This document shows positions 16,981 to 27,393 of a stretch of DNA of 64,000 nt, piece after piece. Source of the DNA: a virus. Both the position numbers and the translations under genes were made by a program. The stretch's first letter is position 1; every line of letters begins with the position of its first letter. The stretch is taken from the IMG/VR virus record IMGVR_UViG_3300013094_000033, positions 1 to 64,000 of that record. One strand, given 5' to 3'. The notes beneath the pieces are model-generated. The model made no database searches. It was not told the DNA's origin and worked only from the letters and a program-made list of their open reading frames with translations.

Positions 16981-18450
16981 TTATTTTTTTAATCCAGCCA
17001 GACTACGAATGAATTCCAAATCGTCCGATTCTTTGACTACTGGATTTTCATTTGGCCAATCCATCCCAGTTGCACCGTATTCATGTGAATGTTCTGGATC
17101 TTGTTGTGGACTTGTCTGTTGAGCGAAATTGGTTTGAGCATCACGTCCATTTTGTTTTAGACTTGCTTGTACTTTTTCGAATACTTCAGGCATATTTGAT
17201 TTTAGCCAAATCTTAACTAACGCTGTTGCATCTGCATCCGGACCATGACTTATTGCCAGCTGTTCAATTGCATCATTCAATTCATCATTGCCAATGATTG
17301 GGCTAACGCTACTACGAGCATCCATGCCATCCATACCAACCGGCAACGGACTTTGCAATAGTTTAATTAATGCTGTTACTTTATCTTCGTTGTCGGGCTT
17401 TGCCCATGTGCCTTCAAAAACACCATCAGCCCATTCTTCCAACTCGTTGCCGTGTTGTGCAAATGCTTCTTCTTGTTGACGCTTGTATGCACGAGCAACA
17501 TATGGTAATGCATCGTCAAATCTTTCATCGTACATTTTTTTAACAAAACGTTCGCGCAATGTATTTACATCTATTTCTTCTTCTACGTCTGAGTCAGGTG
17601 TATAAGAATCTAAGAATTCTTGATAGTGTTTCTTATTTGCTAAATGTCTTAGTGTATTTTTAAGTTGTAGATAGTGGTGTGTTGCGGCCTGTGCCATATC
17701 AGCAGTTTCAGCATCTTCAAATTGACGACGTTTAGTTGAACGAACAAAGTGGCTCATTGCAGACATTTCAGCAACCATATTGTTAATGCATTCACCTATC
17801 TCATCGTACATACTACCACCTTCACTTAAGTGACGTGCAGTAGCACGAGCACCATGTAGGTTAGTGTGATCTAGTAAGAAACGCTCGCCACGTGAGTTTT
17901 CAATATAAATTTTTTCAATTCTTCTACCACGGTCGCCACGAACTTTATCGCTAACTGGTGCACCGTGTTTGATTAACAATCGGCACTCACCCATGTCTGC
18001 ATAGCTTTTATGAGTTGTGCCGTATAATTTACTTTCAGTTACTTTAATATCTTGAGAAGTTGATACTTCGTCTGATTTTGCCTGTTGTTTAATATCTTGT
18101 AATTGTAAATTAGATTTATTAATGTCTCGTGTATCAAAAGTTAATAAATTTCTTTTTGCAAATTGTCTTAGATTACGTAAAAATTCATACCATTGTTTTC
18201 TTTGGTCTCTATCCATATCTGCGCTGATATTTTGACCAAAATAAGCCTTTAAGCTAGTTTCATCGATTAAACTAATTGTTACTTTGCCAAATTCTGTGCC
18301 ATCACTGCCAGTATATGTAAAATTAAAAAATCGTGCATTTTCAGGATCTGTTTCAGCCTGTGCTTTTTCGTTACCCAAAGTTACATTGGGAAAACGTGAG
18401 CGTATCTTGTTAAACAGCTCTGTGGAAATGGATTCTATTTCTTTACTCAT
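16981..18450 (-). CDS. Hypothetical protein, probably virion-associated
   Basis: Late TAAATA motif upstream. C-terminal IRSLAGLKK is shared with the scaffold protein. Confidence 0.6.
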   Translation of the reverse strand: MSKEIESISTELFNKIRSRFPNVTLGNEKAQAETDPENARFFNFTYTGSDGTEFGKVTISLIDETSLKAYFGQNISADMDRDQRKQWYEFLRNLRQFAKRNLLTFDTRDINKSNLQLQDIKQQAKSDEVSTSQDIKVTESKLYGTTHKSYADMGECRLLIKHGAPVSDKVRGDRGRRIEKIYIENSRGERFLLDHTNLHGARATARHLSEGGSMYDEIGECINNMVAEMSAMSHFVRSTKRRQFEDAETADMAQAATHHYLQLKNTLRHLANKKHYQEFLDSYTPDSDVEEEIDVNTLRERFVKKMYDERFDDALPYVARAYKRQQEEAFAQHGNELEEWADGVFEGTWAKPDNEDKVTALIKLLQSPLPVGMDGMDARSSVSPIIGNDELNDAIEQLAISHGPDADATALVKIWLKSNMPEVFEKVQASLKQNGRDAQTNFAQQTSPQQDPEHSHEYGATGMDWPNENPVVKESDDLEFIRSLAGLKK

Positions 18451-18460
18451 GATAGTATAT

Positions 18461-20029
18461 TTATCCTAATACAGCTAGAAAAGGCATAGGTTCAATGAAT
18501 GTATCTATGCTGTCCCGCAATTCAGCATCAAGTCCTGCATCAAAATTCTGCATTAACTGTGCCATTCTAACTACAAGTAGCGTTGCCATGACCAAATCGT
18601 CATGCTCTCCCAATTTGGCTGCATAACTAGATCCTGTTGCTACAAAATTCTTTAATTCACTTACAAGCATTTTACTTGCTATAGCCATTCGTTTTGTTTC
18701 AATTAAACTCTTTAACTTAGAGCATGCAGCCAGCTTTGATTTGTTTAATGTAGTAAATCCTTTGCGATATCTGCCTGTGTGCCCTGTGCGTTTTGGTTCG
18801 CTTAAAAATATACCTGATATATTTTCTTCACCTATTTCATTTATAGCAACTAGTGCGGCTTCTCCCAAGGTATTGTTTTCTACACTATAGTAAACATTGT
18901 TATTACCTGCAATTTCAGCAAGGTACTGACAAATTTCTTTCATAATAACAACTTGGCGTTGTACAATAGTTCTATTATGACTCCACTCTGCAACTTGTTT
19001 TAATCCTGGTAACTCAAATACTTGGATGGCTGCCGGATCACCACCGGTACCTAGGCTTGGATCTAGCCCTACTACATAAGTACAATCTTTTTCAGGCTTT
19101 TTATACCAACGTACTTGTCCTTGTTTTTCTAACGGATCGATGCCCGCCATTTCAACTAAGAACAATGGATTAATAAGAGTTTCATCAAAAATAATGAACT
19201 CGCATTCCATTTCACGACGGAAACGTTCTTCGCCTAACTGCGCTCGCATTTGTTCTGCCCACGCCTCATCACGATCTGGATGTTCTTGCCACTTACTACG
19301 AAACGCTTTAAATCCATTTTTGCCAAGTTCTGTTTCGTTACCGAAATTATCAAATGTGTTGTTAGCTTGACGCCAAATTTGTGCAAACTGGTCTTCGTCT
19401 GAATTTGGTGTACTTGTAATAATACACTTACCACCAGTTGCTAGTGTAGGAGTAATAGAAGTCCAAAACTCTGACGCAATAGTGGGGCGGACGAACGCAA
19501 ACTCATCACAATACAATAAGGATATTGACATACCCCGGCCTGTGTTTTCTGTGGTTGTTTGACTTACAATACGACTTCCATTTTCAAAGTCCAAACTTCC
19601 TTTGTTGTAACTGGTAACACCAGCACGTATAAAGTCCGGACAGTTTTCATATGCATACCGAACACGTTGCATAATCTCTTGTGCGCCCAAGTACTTGTGT
19701 GCCGCAACTAAGATAGTGGAATCGGGCACAAACATAGCGTACCATAATAAGTAGCCAGCGGCAGTAGTTGACTTTCCAGTTTGTCGTGGCATCATACTAA
19801 TCGAAAATCTGTAATTATGATAAGACTCAATTAGTCTTTCTTGATATTCAAATGGTTCATATTGTATTGCACCCTTAGTTGGGTGCTGGATGAAAAAGTA
19901 ACGACTCATAAAATATGAAGGCCCTTTTACTGGGTCTGCACAACGGGCAATTTCCAGAATTTGTTGTTCTGAATAAGACATCTTTCGGTAAGGTGTCTTG
20001 ATAATTGCTGATTCTAAGTCTTTACTCAT
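18461..20029 (-). CDS. terL: Terminase large subunit (gp17-like)
   Basis: PRQTGKST Walker A, LLYCDEFAF Walker B, ITSTPN, GLDPS nuclease motif, HDDLVMA. Confidence 0.97.
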   Translation of the reverse strand: MSKDLESAIIKTPYRKMSYSEQQILEIARCADPVKGPSYFMSRYFFIQHPTKGAIQYEPFEYQERLIESYHNYRFSISMMPRQTGKSTTAAGYLLWYAMFVPDSTILVAAHKYLGAQEIMQRVRYAYENCPDFIRAGVTSYNKGSLDFENGSRIVSQTTTENTGRGMSISLLYCDEFAFVRPTIASEFWTSITPTLATGGKCIITSTPNSDEDQFAQIWRQANNTFDNFGNETELGKNGFKAFRSKWQEHPDRDEAWAEQMRAQLGEERFRREMECEFIIFDETLINPLFLVEMAGIDPLEKQGQVRWYKKPEKDCTYVVGLDPSLGTGGDPAAIQVFELPGLKQVAEWSHNRTIVQRQVVIMKEICQYLAEIAGNNNVYYSVENNTLGEAALVAINEIGEENISGIFLSEPKRTGHTGRYRKGFTTLNKSKLAACSKLKSLIETKRMAIASKMLVSELKNFVATGSSYAAKLGEHDDLVMATLLVVRMAQLMQNFDAGLDAELRDSIDTFIEPMPFLAVLG

Positions 20030-20089
20030 AATGCCTTTTACTGTATAATATAAGTATATTTAACATCAAACAAAAAATGGTAAATCAAA

Positions 20090-20629
20090 ATGTCAGATAC
20101 CCTATTGCTTAACAGCAACTACGAACCTATTAGTGTACTTCCATTAAGTGTAATCGGATGGCAACATGCAATCAAGCTCATGTATTTGGGCCGCGTCCAT
20201 GTGCTAGAAACTTACCCAAATTGGATTATTCGTTCTGAACGACTTGCGATAAATGTACCTAGTGTATGTGTGACTAAAGAATATTTTCATCACAAAAAGA
20301 ATGTTAAGTTTAGTCGCTACAACATGTATATGCGTGATTTGTTTCAGTGCCAATACTGCAATGATGTATTTGATTTTGAAGAATTAACCATTGACCACGT
20401 GATCCCACGTGCCGAGGGTGGAAAAACATCTTGGACTAACTGTGTGACTGCATGCAAACCATGTAATCATAAGAAAGGTAGCTCGATGAAAATTCGTCCT
20501 CGTATTATGCCGTACAAGCCAGATTACTATGCATTGGTTAATAAGTGGAAAGAAATGCCATTTACTGTTCGCCAAGAATCTTGGAATCAGTATTTAGGTG
20601 TTACTCGTCCTGTCCGGGCATCAGCTTAG
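20090..20629 (+). CDS. HNH endonuclease
   Basis: RDLFQCQYC...TIDHVIPRAEGG...WTNCVTACKPCNHKKG. Confidence 0.9.
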   Translation: MSDTLLLNSNYEPISVLPLSVIGWQHAIKLMYLGRVHVLETYPNWIIRSERLAINVPSVCVTKEYFHHKKNVKFSRYNMYMRDLFQCQYCNDVFDFEELTIDHVIPRAEGGKTSWTNCVTACKPCNHKKGSSMKIRPRIMPYKPDYYALVNKWKEMPFTVRQESWNQYLGVTRPVRASA

Positions 20630-20999
20630 GAACAAAACGTTGTTTGGGATTTTTTCTCAGATAGTCTTCAACTTGATCTTTAAGACTTTTGTGATTGATA
20701 CCGGGCTTGGCAAACATAATCAACATCCATAGTTGATCACCAGGCTTGGTATTATATTCTTTAATTAAATTATTACGCTCTTCAGCAGTCCAACTGATGT
20801 TACTGCCTACTGGACTTTCAATTCCAACTTCAGTACCTTGTGGTGTTGTTTTGTTTCCAGTCCATATACCTTCTTCGGTGATTGGTATGCCAGCTAATCT
20901 TTTTAAATCACGTAGATCAGCAGGATCCATTACTGCATCTGTTTCACCTGTTTCGCCACGAGGAACAAAATGCTCACTGGTTACACGATATTGTTTCAT
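20601..20999 (-). CDS. Hypothetical protein, putatively head-associated
   Basis: Contains LKRLAGIPITE. Confidence 0.6.
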   Translation of the reverse strand: MKQYRVTSEHFVPRGETGETDAVMDPADLRDLKRLAGIPITEEGIWTGNKTTPQGTEVGIESPVGSNISWTAEERNNLIKEYNTKPGDQLWMLIMFAKPGINHKSLKDQVEDYLRKNPKQRFVPKLMPGQDE

Positions 21000-21409
21000 T
21001 TTTTCTTAATGAGTTGTATATCGCCAACTACTCTATGTGGGCTAACTCTATGCACCGCTGAATGCTCTGTGCTATTGTTGTCGGTCATGTCTAACTGACT
21101 GAGTGGATCTCCGCCACGTGGGGGCAATCCAATTTGCTCTAATGCAAAATCAATCATATCGCCTTCTACATCAGTATATGTGGTCATTATAGGATCACCA
21201 CTGAAGGCACCAGTTTCTGGAGTCTTAATTTCAGGAGCACCAGCTAATGCTATTCCAAAACGATATTGTTGATAAAAACTACCATTGGATTTGTTCATGC
21301 TCAATGCTGGTAAGGATTTAAGTCCTTTTATTCCAGCAAACTGGTCAGGGCTTAATGCTTTGCCATTAGCTGATGGGACATCTTCAGTGATAATTTCGTT
21401 AATTTTCAT
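20996..21409 (-). CDS. Putative internal head protein (paralogue of 32504-33046)
   Basis: MKINEIITE N-terminus; shared Y..YR..(A/M)A.A and YT..(E/D)..M segments. Confidence 0.6.
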   Translation of the reverse strand: MKINEIITEDVPSANGKALSPDQFAGIKGLKSLPALSMNKSNGSFYQQYRFGIALAGAPEIKTPETGAFSGDPIMTTYTDVEGDMIDFALEQIGLPPRGGDPLSQLDMTDNNSTEHSAVHRVSPHRVVGDIQLIKKK

Positions 21410-21410
21410 A

Positions 21411-21941
21411 TTACCAAACTCTGCAAGACCAACGTCTTGTATCAGTATTAAGTTTTCTAATTCCGCTTACGTTTAATTCAAAAATTTTATCAGCATGACG
21501 TACATAAACTTTAGATTCATTTTTCTTTTTGTTTATTGCACGCTCATTTTTGTCTGCTATTTTTTGCATCTTTTTAACATGCGGCATATCTTGTATTTCG
21601 CCGTTAGGGCTATCAATTGAAGTGCCGTAATTCTTTACACTCTTACCCTCGGACTGATCGGTGTGTTCATCACTAAGTGGTTTAGGATTAATGTATGTAG
21701 GAAATATTTTCATTCCTTCTTCTTCATCAGGAGAAACAAACATACCTTCAGTTATGTTATAACGCTGTAATGCTTCTAGTAATGCACTATCACCTTCGAT
21801 TACTATACCATCTTCAGCTAACTCAATAACACGAGACTGTAATTTAGTTATTTCTTTAATAACAATATCAAAGCGATCGCCAACCACTGGATTGTGGCTA
21901 GCGTATTCTGCTTCAGCTAAGTAGTCGTTAAATGATTTCAT
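21411..21941 (-). CDS. Putative internal head protein
   Basis: MKSFNDYLAE resembles the T4 internal-protein capsid-targeting sequence. Confidence 0.55.
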   Translation of the reverse strand: MKSFNDYLAEAEYASHNPVVGDRFDIVIKEITKLQSRVIELAEDGIVIEGDSALLEALQRYNITEGMFVSPDEEEGMKIFPTYINPKPLSDEHTDQSEGKSVKNYGTSIDSPNGEIQDMPHVKKMQKIADKNERAINKKKNESKVYVRHADKIFELNVSGIRKLNTDTRRWSCRVW

Positions 21942-23845
21942 TTTACTGATTTTTTAATACTTTCGTACTCGGCTTCCATGTACGATTCTAATGTAGGAAT
22001 CTGCTTAACTGGTTTAGCAGGACGATCAGGTTGTGGTTTCATCTTATTGTCGCCAAGACCGTCGTAATTGTCCTTTTCGCCAAAATCGCCTTCGCCTGGA
22101 TTCATAGTAGAACCCTTCATTGATTGATACTTAGGTGTTGGTTTATTAACTGGATCAGCACCTGCGTCTTCAACATCTGTGCTACCATATGTAGCTGTAG
22201 TTTTTGCAAGAGCTTCTTCTAACTTGGAAGAATCTAAACCAGCAATCTTCATCATTTGTATTAGTTCGTTAGCTTCTTTAACTGCGATTTCTTTGCCACC
22301 AACAGTTACAGTTTCACCAGGTTGTACGCCATCCTTTTTGGCATCACGTACTGCCTTACCAAATGCGTTGCCTTCCATTTCTGGCTCTTCATCTAGTTCG
22401 CTAGTATCCGTATACTCTTTGCCATCTAAATCAAACTTTTCACCTTTTGGTGTATCTTTTAATTTAGCTGTAAATGCATTGCCTTCTTCCATACCCTCAA
22501 CTACGTCAAGCCCGGCTAAACGTGCTAGTTCGTTTAGTTCCTGATCTTCAAATGTATTAGATGGCTCTTCGCCGCCAGTAAAGAATCCTTTTAGGCCTTT
22601 ACCAATATCGCCAACATCTTTCTTAAACACATCTAAACGACCTTGTTTTTCTTTACCAAGCTCTAGTGTAGGCCATACTGCCATATCGCCATTGTTTAAA
22701 TGTACGAAACATTTGTTACCTTCGCAACGATCAACAATACCTTGTTGTCCACGATGGAATACTACATCACCTTGATTAAAACCCATATCGACCTGTTGCC
22801 ATGGATCTGCGGCTTGCGTAGCAGCTTCGTCGGCTAATTGTTTCTTGCTGTGATTATGTACTTTTAAGAAAGCATTTAGTTTATCACTGCATTCACCTGT
22901 TTGTTTGTAGTGATCCATGTCTGCATGTAACTCATTTAACATTTCTTCTAGAGTCATGTCGTGATCACGCATCATTTCAGCAAAGTTTACGCTTTCAACG
23001 ATACGACCTAATTTCTTTTCAAGTATGCTTAGACTTTCGCCCATAGTGTGTACTGTTCCTTTTTTGCCTTTTGGTGGCTCACCGGGAACACGACCAAATG
23101 GGTCATTAAATTTCTTACCAAATGTTGGTAAATTTGCTGCAGACTTTTCACTGTCGGCTTTCTTTGGACGTCCTTTAACACCTTTGTTGATAACACGCTT
23201 AGGTGCTTCGTCGCCGGTAAAGTCAGGATCATTGTAGTAACTACGTCCATAGCGATCTGGACCTTTGGTTACATTGTATGAATGCTCTGTACAATTGCCT
23301 TCGGCACACATAGCGCATTCTTCCATATAGTCCATTTTGTCATTGAAGTTTTTTACATCAGCATCTCTGTGCTTTTTAATCATGTCTAAACGTTTCTGTG
23401 CGTCTACATCACCGGCATCGGCTTTCTTTTTAAGTTCAGCATGATAGTGTGCTTTTGAGTCTCTAGCCTGTTGAGCATCAACATTATTTGGATTATATGC
23501 TTCTTCGATATCAGTTTCTTCTAACTTACCTTGCTTGGCTAATTTAGCACGAACAGCACCTGCCACACGGTCTCCAGCTTCTTTGCTACCATAACGCTTG
23601 GCAGCGTCTTTGCTAATTTTAGCAAAATTCTTACCTGGCTTGCCTTCGTCACGTTCAAACATCTGTTGAAGTTTAGTTTCAACTGGATCAATGTTACGCA
23701 ATCCAGATAGAATACTACCTTGTGATTCAACGCTTTCACGTATCATTTGTGCTTTGTCTTTAATAACTTCAGCAGGTGTTGGTTGCAATGCATCTAGCTT
23801 ACCTAGAATGTTGTAAATGTTATCGTGTGGGTGATTTTGTGCCAT
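21938..23845 (-). CDS. Large charged putative prohead core/internal protein
   Basis: E/K/D-rich, with LARLAGL and MMKIAGL motifs and a duplicated EGNAF segment. Confidence 0.6.
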   Translation of the reverse strand: MAQNHPHDNIYNILGKLDALQPTPAEVIKDKAQMIRESVESQGSILSGLRNIDPVETKLQQMFERDEGKPGKNFAKISKDAAKRYGSKEAGDRVAGAVRAKLAKQGKLEETDIEEAYNPNNVDAQQARDSKAHYHAELKKKADAGDVDAQKRLDMIKKHRDADVKNFNDKMDYMEECAMCAEGNCTEHSYNVTKGPDRYGRSYYNDPDFTGDEAPKRVINKGVKGRPKKADSEKSAANLPTFGKKFNDPFGRVPGEPPKGKKGTVHTMGESLSILEKKLGRIVESVNFAEMMRDHDMTLEEMLNELHADMDHYKQTGECSDKLNAFLKVHNHSKKQLADEAATQAADPWQQVDMGFNQGDVVFHRGQQGIVDRCEGNKCFVHLNNGDMAVWPTLELGKEKQGRLDVFKKDVGDIGKGLKGFFTGGEEPSNTFEDQELNELARLAGLDVVEGMEEGNAFTAKLKDTPKGEKFDLDGKEYTDTSELDEEPEMEGNAFGKAVRDAKKDGVQPGETVTVGGKEIAVKEANELIQMMKIAGLDSSKLEEALAKTTATYGSTDVEDAGADPVNKPTPKYQSMKGSTMNPGEGDFGEKDNYDGLGDNKMKPQPDRPAKPVKQIPTLESYMEAEYESIKKSVK

Positions 23846-23852
23846 TTTATTC

Positions 23853-24467
23853 TTATCCTCTAGGTTTGCGATATATTTTATTTTGATTACTACCTACAGG
23901 ATCTACATTTCCTTGTGGTAAATCATTTGTAGTTTTGCCGTATGATGGATCTTTAGCTCCGCCAATTGTAGTATCGTTACCAGCAATTTCAAACTTACGA
24001 CTTTCTAATTCTTTTAATAGGCTACCAATGCGACTTTGTCCAACCATTGCAGGGGCTTCTTTGCTACCGCCTAAGTCTTCTACATCCAATAAAGCACCAG
24101 TATGATCTTTGCCTGCGGCTTCTGCTTCATCTGTATAATTAGCTTCATGTAAATTACGTACAGCAATCCAGTCTGGATTTAAATGAGCACGTTCTTTTAA
24201 ACACTGGCGAATAGCAACTGTAGTTGTTGGGTATGTTACTTTAACATCAAATGTCCAGCACTCACAAGCACCGCCCCATTGAGGGAATTCTCTATGTTCT
24301 TGTATTGGTAAACTTTTAATTGCACTAATACTTTCCAATTGATAAGTTTCAAGAGCAGACTTGATTTTATTAATTGTTTCTGTAGTAGGCTTAGTACCTG
24401 CTAATTTAATACGAAACTCACTTGGCTTGCTAAGTTCGTATATGTACTGTTGGAATGGTTTCATCAT
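23853..24467 (-). CDS. Hypothetical structural protein
   Basis: Late motif, AGGA RBS and an MKPFQQYIYE N-terminus. Confidence 0.6.
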   Translation of the reverse strand: MMKPFQQYIYELSKPSEFRIKLAGTKPTTETINKIKSALETYQLESISAIKSLPIQEHREFPQWGGACECWTFDVKVTYPTTTVAIRQCLKERAHLNPDWIAVRNLHEANYTDEAEAAGKDHTGALLDVEDLGGSKEAPAMVGQSRIGSLLKELESRKFEIAGNDTTIGGAKDPSYGKTTNDLPQGNVDPVGSNQNKIYRKPRG

Positions 24468-24502
24468 TATATTCCTATATTGTTATATTTAGTCAAAAAG
24501 TC

Positions 24503-24994
24503 TTATTTGTCTTGCTTGTTGGCTAAGATCTGCTTTAGTAGATCGTTACGATCCAGAACTATACCTTGTCCATCCAATGGTATGTCCTCAACTTTGGTAT
24601 CTTTTTTAATCTGATGGTCTAGTTTAGCTTTTTGTAACTGCAAGTTAATCATACGCAACTTTTTATCCATTTTTGCTGTCTTAGCAGTTATAGCATGTCC
24701 TAGCATAGTACTAGCTGTTTGTAATATAACACCAGCAAATCTTGGATCACTGTTCATTCCCAAATCAATCATGTCTTCAGCACGTTGTTTAGCCATGTTA
24801 GCCAATTCGTCTAGCTCTGCATCACCGGCTTCTAAGTCTTTTACCAATGGCAATGCCGCGTCAATTTTACCAATGGCCGAATCAACTTCAGCGATTACAT
24901 CACGATTTTCTTGGATAAAATCCTGTGCGCTCTGAGCTGTGGGCTCATCAGGAATAGGTGGTAGATTTAATAGTTCTTCGAGTTTTTTAGTCAT
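24503..24994 (-). CDS. Helical protein, possibly the terminase small subunit
   Basis: Size, coiled-coil character and position next to the head-completion gene. Assignment is an inference. Confidence 0.4.
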   Translation of the reverse strand: MTKKLEELLNLPPIPDEPTAQSAQDFIQENRDVIAEVDSAIGKIDAALPLVKDLEAGDAELDELANMAKQRAEDMIDLGMNSDPRFAGVILQTASTMLGHAITAKTAKMDKKLRMINLQLQKAKLDHQIKKDTKVEDIPLDGQGIVLDRNDLLKQILANKQDK

Positions 24995-25002
24995 ACCAAT
25001 AT

Positions 25003-25437
25003 TTATTTGGCACGACCCTGGTGGAACAAATCATTTTCAGTAATAATTCTAAACTTAACATTATTTGCCTTGCACCAAGCTCCTGCAGCTTGCCATTTTG
25101 CCATGTTTAGTATAGCGGCCGCTTTGTCCCTGGTACTACGTGCATTTTCTAATGTAGTTTCCTTACTGGGTTTGATTTCCCATAATTCGCCATGTTGGCT
25201 TCCATTTGCATCTACAAACGTAACAAAAAAATCTGGTACATATATTGTATTTTTACCTGTAAATGGATTACGGTAGTTAATATGTATTGCTTCGTTTGCC
25301 CAATTGAGTATTGCAGGATTGTTATCGCACATTACCATAACAGAGTGTTCCCAACTGCTACGATAGTGCGGTGCTTTTTTACCTACATATTTTTCTGGAT
25401 TTTTTAATTGGAAGAATCCGTTTGCGTATTTGCTCAT
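25003..25437 (-). CDS. Head completion nuclease (T4 gp4-like, TnsA-like)
   Basis: NPEKYVG, YRSSWE, YVPDF, EIKP, KWQAA...ITE. Confidence 0.88.
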   Translation of the reverse strand: MSKYANGFFQLKNPEKYVGKKAPHYRSSWEHSVMVMCDNNPAILNWANEAIHINYRNPFTGKNTIYVPDFFVTFVDANGSQHGELWEIKPSKETTLENARSTRDKAAAILNMAKWQAAGAWCKANNVKFRIITENDLFHQGRAK

Positions 25438-25829
25438 GCTACTATTGTTCTTGCAACTACTGGATTAGTGCTTAATCCAGTCTTAACACCTATTAGGCTT
25501 GTAGGTATACGATTAATATTTAAAAATGCAATTAAATAATTACTCAAATCGCCAGCAGGCAATTTTTTAAAATCTGCAAGTACTTGCATGGGATTTAATT
25601 GTTGCGCGGTTGCTGTGTATAGAACTGCCGCGGCTAAATTATCTGCGGCCTGTTTGTTTGATGTGTACTCTTCAAAAAATGCTACCAATGCATCATTTGC
25701 AGGTCCTGTGCTCATATTAACAGAATACAAATTATTAAAATAAATGTTGGTATTTGATGTTCCTGGGGCCGCATTTACGTTTGGACCTTGTAAATTGGTT
25801 GCTGTTGAAACTTGGTTATTAATTGCCAT
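25434..25829 (-). CDS. Hypothetical structural protein
   Basis: Coupled ORF within the tail operon. Confidence 0.6.
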   Translation of the reverse strand: MAINNQVSTATNLQGPNVNAAPGTSNTNIYFNNLYSVNMSTGPANDALVAFFEEYTSNKQAADNLAAAVLYTATAQQLNPMQVLADFKKLPAGDLSNYLIAFLNINRIPTSLIGVKTGLSTNPVVARTIVA

Positions 25830-25830
25830 A

Positions 25831-27330
25831 TTATGGTCCTAATGAAAAATCTTGTCCGGTTATTGCATCTTTAATTGAGTTTAAAGCTGATGATGCAACA
25901 TTTTGTATTTCGCCGGTTAATGTAGTGCCATATCCAGCGCCAGCAAATACTGATCCAGCGGCACTATTTAAATAACTTAATCCTTCACTGACTTCACTGG
26001 CAACAAAACTACCGGCAGATTTTAATAATGGGGTTAGTAACGTTTGTGCTTGTTGTGATGCATAACTTGTTGCAACGCCAACTGCTAGATTCTCAGCTGT
26101 GGTAACTAACAGTTTAGGATTACTAATTGCAGCCGCCGCCAATGCAACTGTGCCAGCACCTACACTAGATTTTAACCCGCCTACTACAGAATTTGTAAAT
26201 GTACTAGTTAATTGTCCGGCAGTTGATGCAATAGCAGTTGATGTCTGGTTTAATAATCCGCTAGTTGTGATCCCACCATTGTTTAAACTTCCAAGATTAG
26301 GGATACTAAATCCGCCACCATTGGTACCACCATTTGCAACAGAAAAAGTAGTTGCAGCATTCATAGCGGCCGCACCAGTATTCACAATAGGAATACTGTT
26401 GTTTTGTATTAGTGTGCCAAATGTTGTGTTGTTAAGATTAACTCCAGCTAAATCAACTTGTTTATTTGGTGCATGAGTATAACCGCCAATGCCATTATCT
26501 ATTAGATCTGTGCCTTCTAATGGGGATATTGGACTGGGTTGATTATCGTAGTGGAGATCAATATATCCGCCAGCAGTACTGGTTGTTGTATATCCAGTGT
26601 AATACTTTACAGTTTCAAATTGAAGACTCATTGAGTGTTGTAATAGTCCACCTTCATTACCTTGTTGATGCTCGCCGTGTTCAAATCTAGTGATGATTGG
26701 ATTAATTAATTCATACTCGCTGAAATTCTTTTGATAAAGACTATAAATTCTTATTGCCTGTATGTATTGATAAGGCTGGTTACCATTGGCATTATTATAT
26801 CCTACACGTGCTTGTGGGCTATATCCCCAATCAAAACTAGGACGGTCTTGATACTTGTGTGGTGCAGTATATGTAGCATCAGCATAATCAGGATCTCGGT
26901 AATAAAAACTATAATAGTCATACCAGAAATTTCTTATTACATCAGATTGATCGTCATGAAAAGTTATAGTAACTGGATCATACTTGATTGAATTTTGTAC
27001 GTAATTTTTTCTATTGTACGCATTGTGTTCTTTTACCTGCACTGAAAATTTTGGTAAACTAACTGTTTTAACAACCATGCCCATTTCTTGTTGACTGTTA
27101 GGCGAACCATTTGCACCAGTTGATGTGGGGCCGTTTAAATTTGTAATTAAAGGATTTAAATCAAATTCAACATAAAATAGAAAACCGTATTTTGGACTTA
27201 ATCTATAATCAGCATCAGTAAAGATTCTTGCGGCATGCTGATAGTCACGCAATGTAACTGCGCCAGTATTACCGTTATCCATTGGGGCTCCCCAATTACC
27301 GGCTGGTTGCAGAAATTTATTAATACTCAT
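25831..27330 (-). CDS. Tail tube-like / baseplate tube-initiator protein with a low-complexity C-terminus
   Basis: VKTVSLPK...YDPVTITFHDD and LINPII..F tube-fold motifs; lies next to the tube gene. Confidence 0.65.
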   Translation of the reverse strand: MSINKFLQPAGNWGAPMDNGNTGAVTLRDYQHAARIFTDADYRLSPKYGFLFYVEFDLNPLITNLNGPTSTGANGSPNSQQEMGMVVKTVSLPKFSVQVKEHNAYNRKNYVQNSIKYDPVTITFHDDQSDVIRNFWYDYYSFYYRDPDYADATYTAPHKYQDRPSFDWGYSPQARVGYNNANGNQPYQYIQAIRIYSLYQKNFSEYELINPIITRFEHGEHQQGNEGGLLQHSMSLQFETVKYYTGYTTTSTAGGYIDLHYDNQPSPISPLEGTDLIDNGIGGYTHAPNKQVDLAGVNLNNTTFGTLIQNNSIPIVNTGAAAMNAATTFSVANGGTNGGGFSIPNLGSLNNGGITTSGLLNQTSTAIASTAGQLTSTFTNSVVGGLKSSVGAGTVALAAAAISNPKLLVTTAENLAVGVATSYASQQAQTLLTPLLKSAGSFVASEVSEGLSYLNSAAGSVFAGAGYGTTLTGEIQNVASSALNSIKDAITGQDFSLGP

Positions 27331-27347
27331 ATTATTATTTAGCCCAT

Positions 27348-27378
27348 AAAAAAACCCGGATTTTTATGTCCGGGTTTT
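27348..27378 (-). terminator. Intrinsic terminator after the tail tube gene
   Basis: AAAACCCGGA / TCCGGGTTTT stem running into a 7-nt U-tract. Confidence 0.8.
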
Positions 27379-27393
27379 AAGCATCGTTAACTT

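Noticed and set aside
21411-21500. Frameshift or fusion between 21411-21941 and the next ORF
   Set aside because: No slippery site is evident, and the downstream ORF has its own MKINEIITE start 1 nt after the stop.
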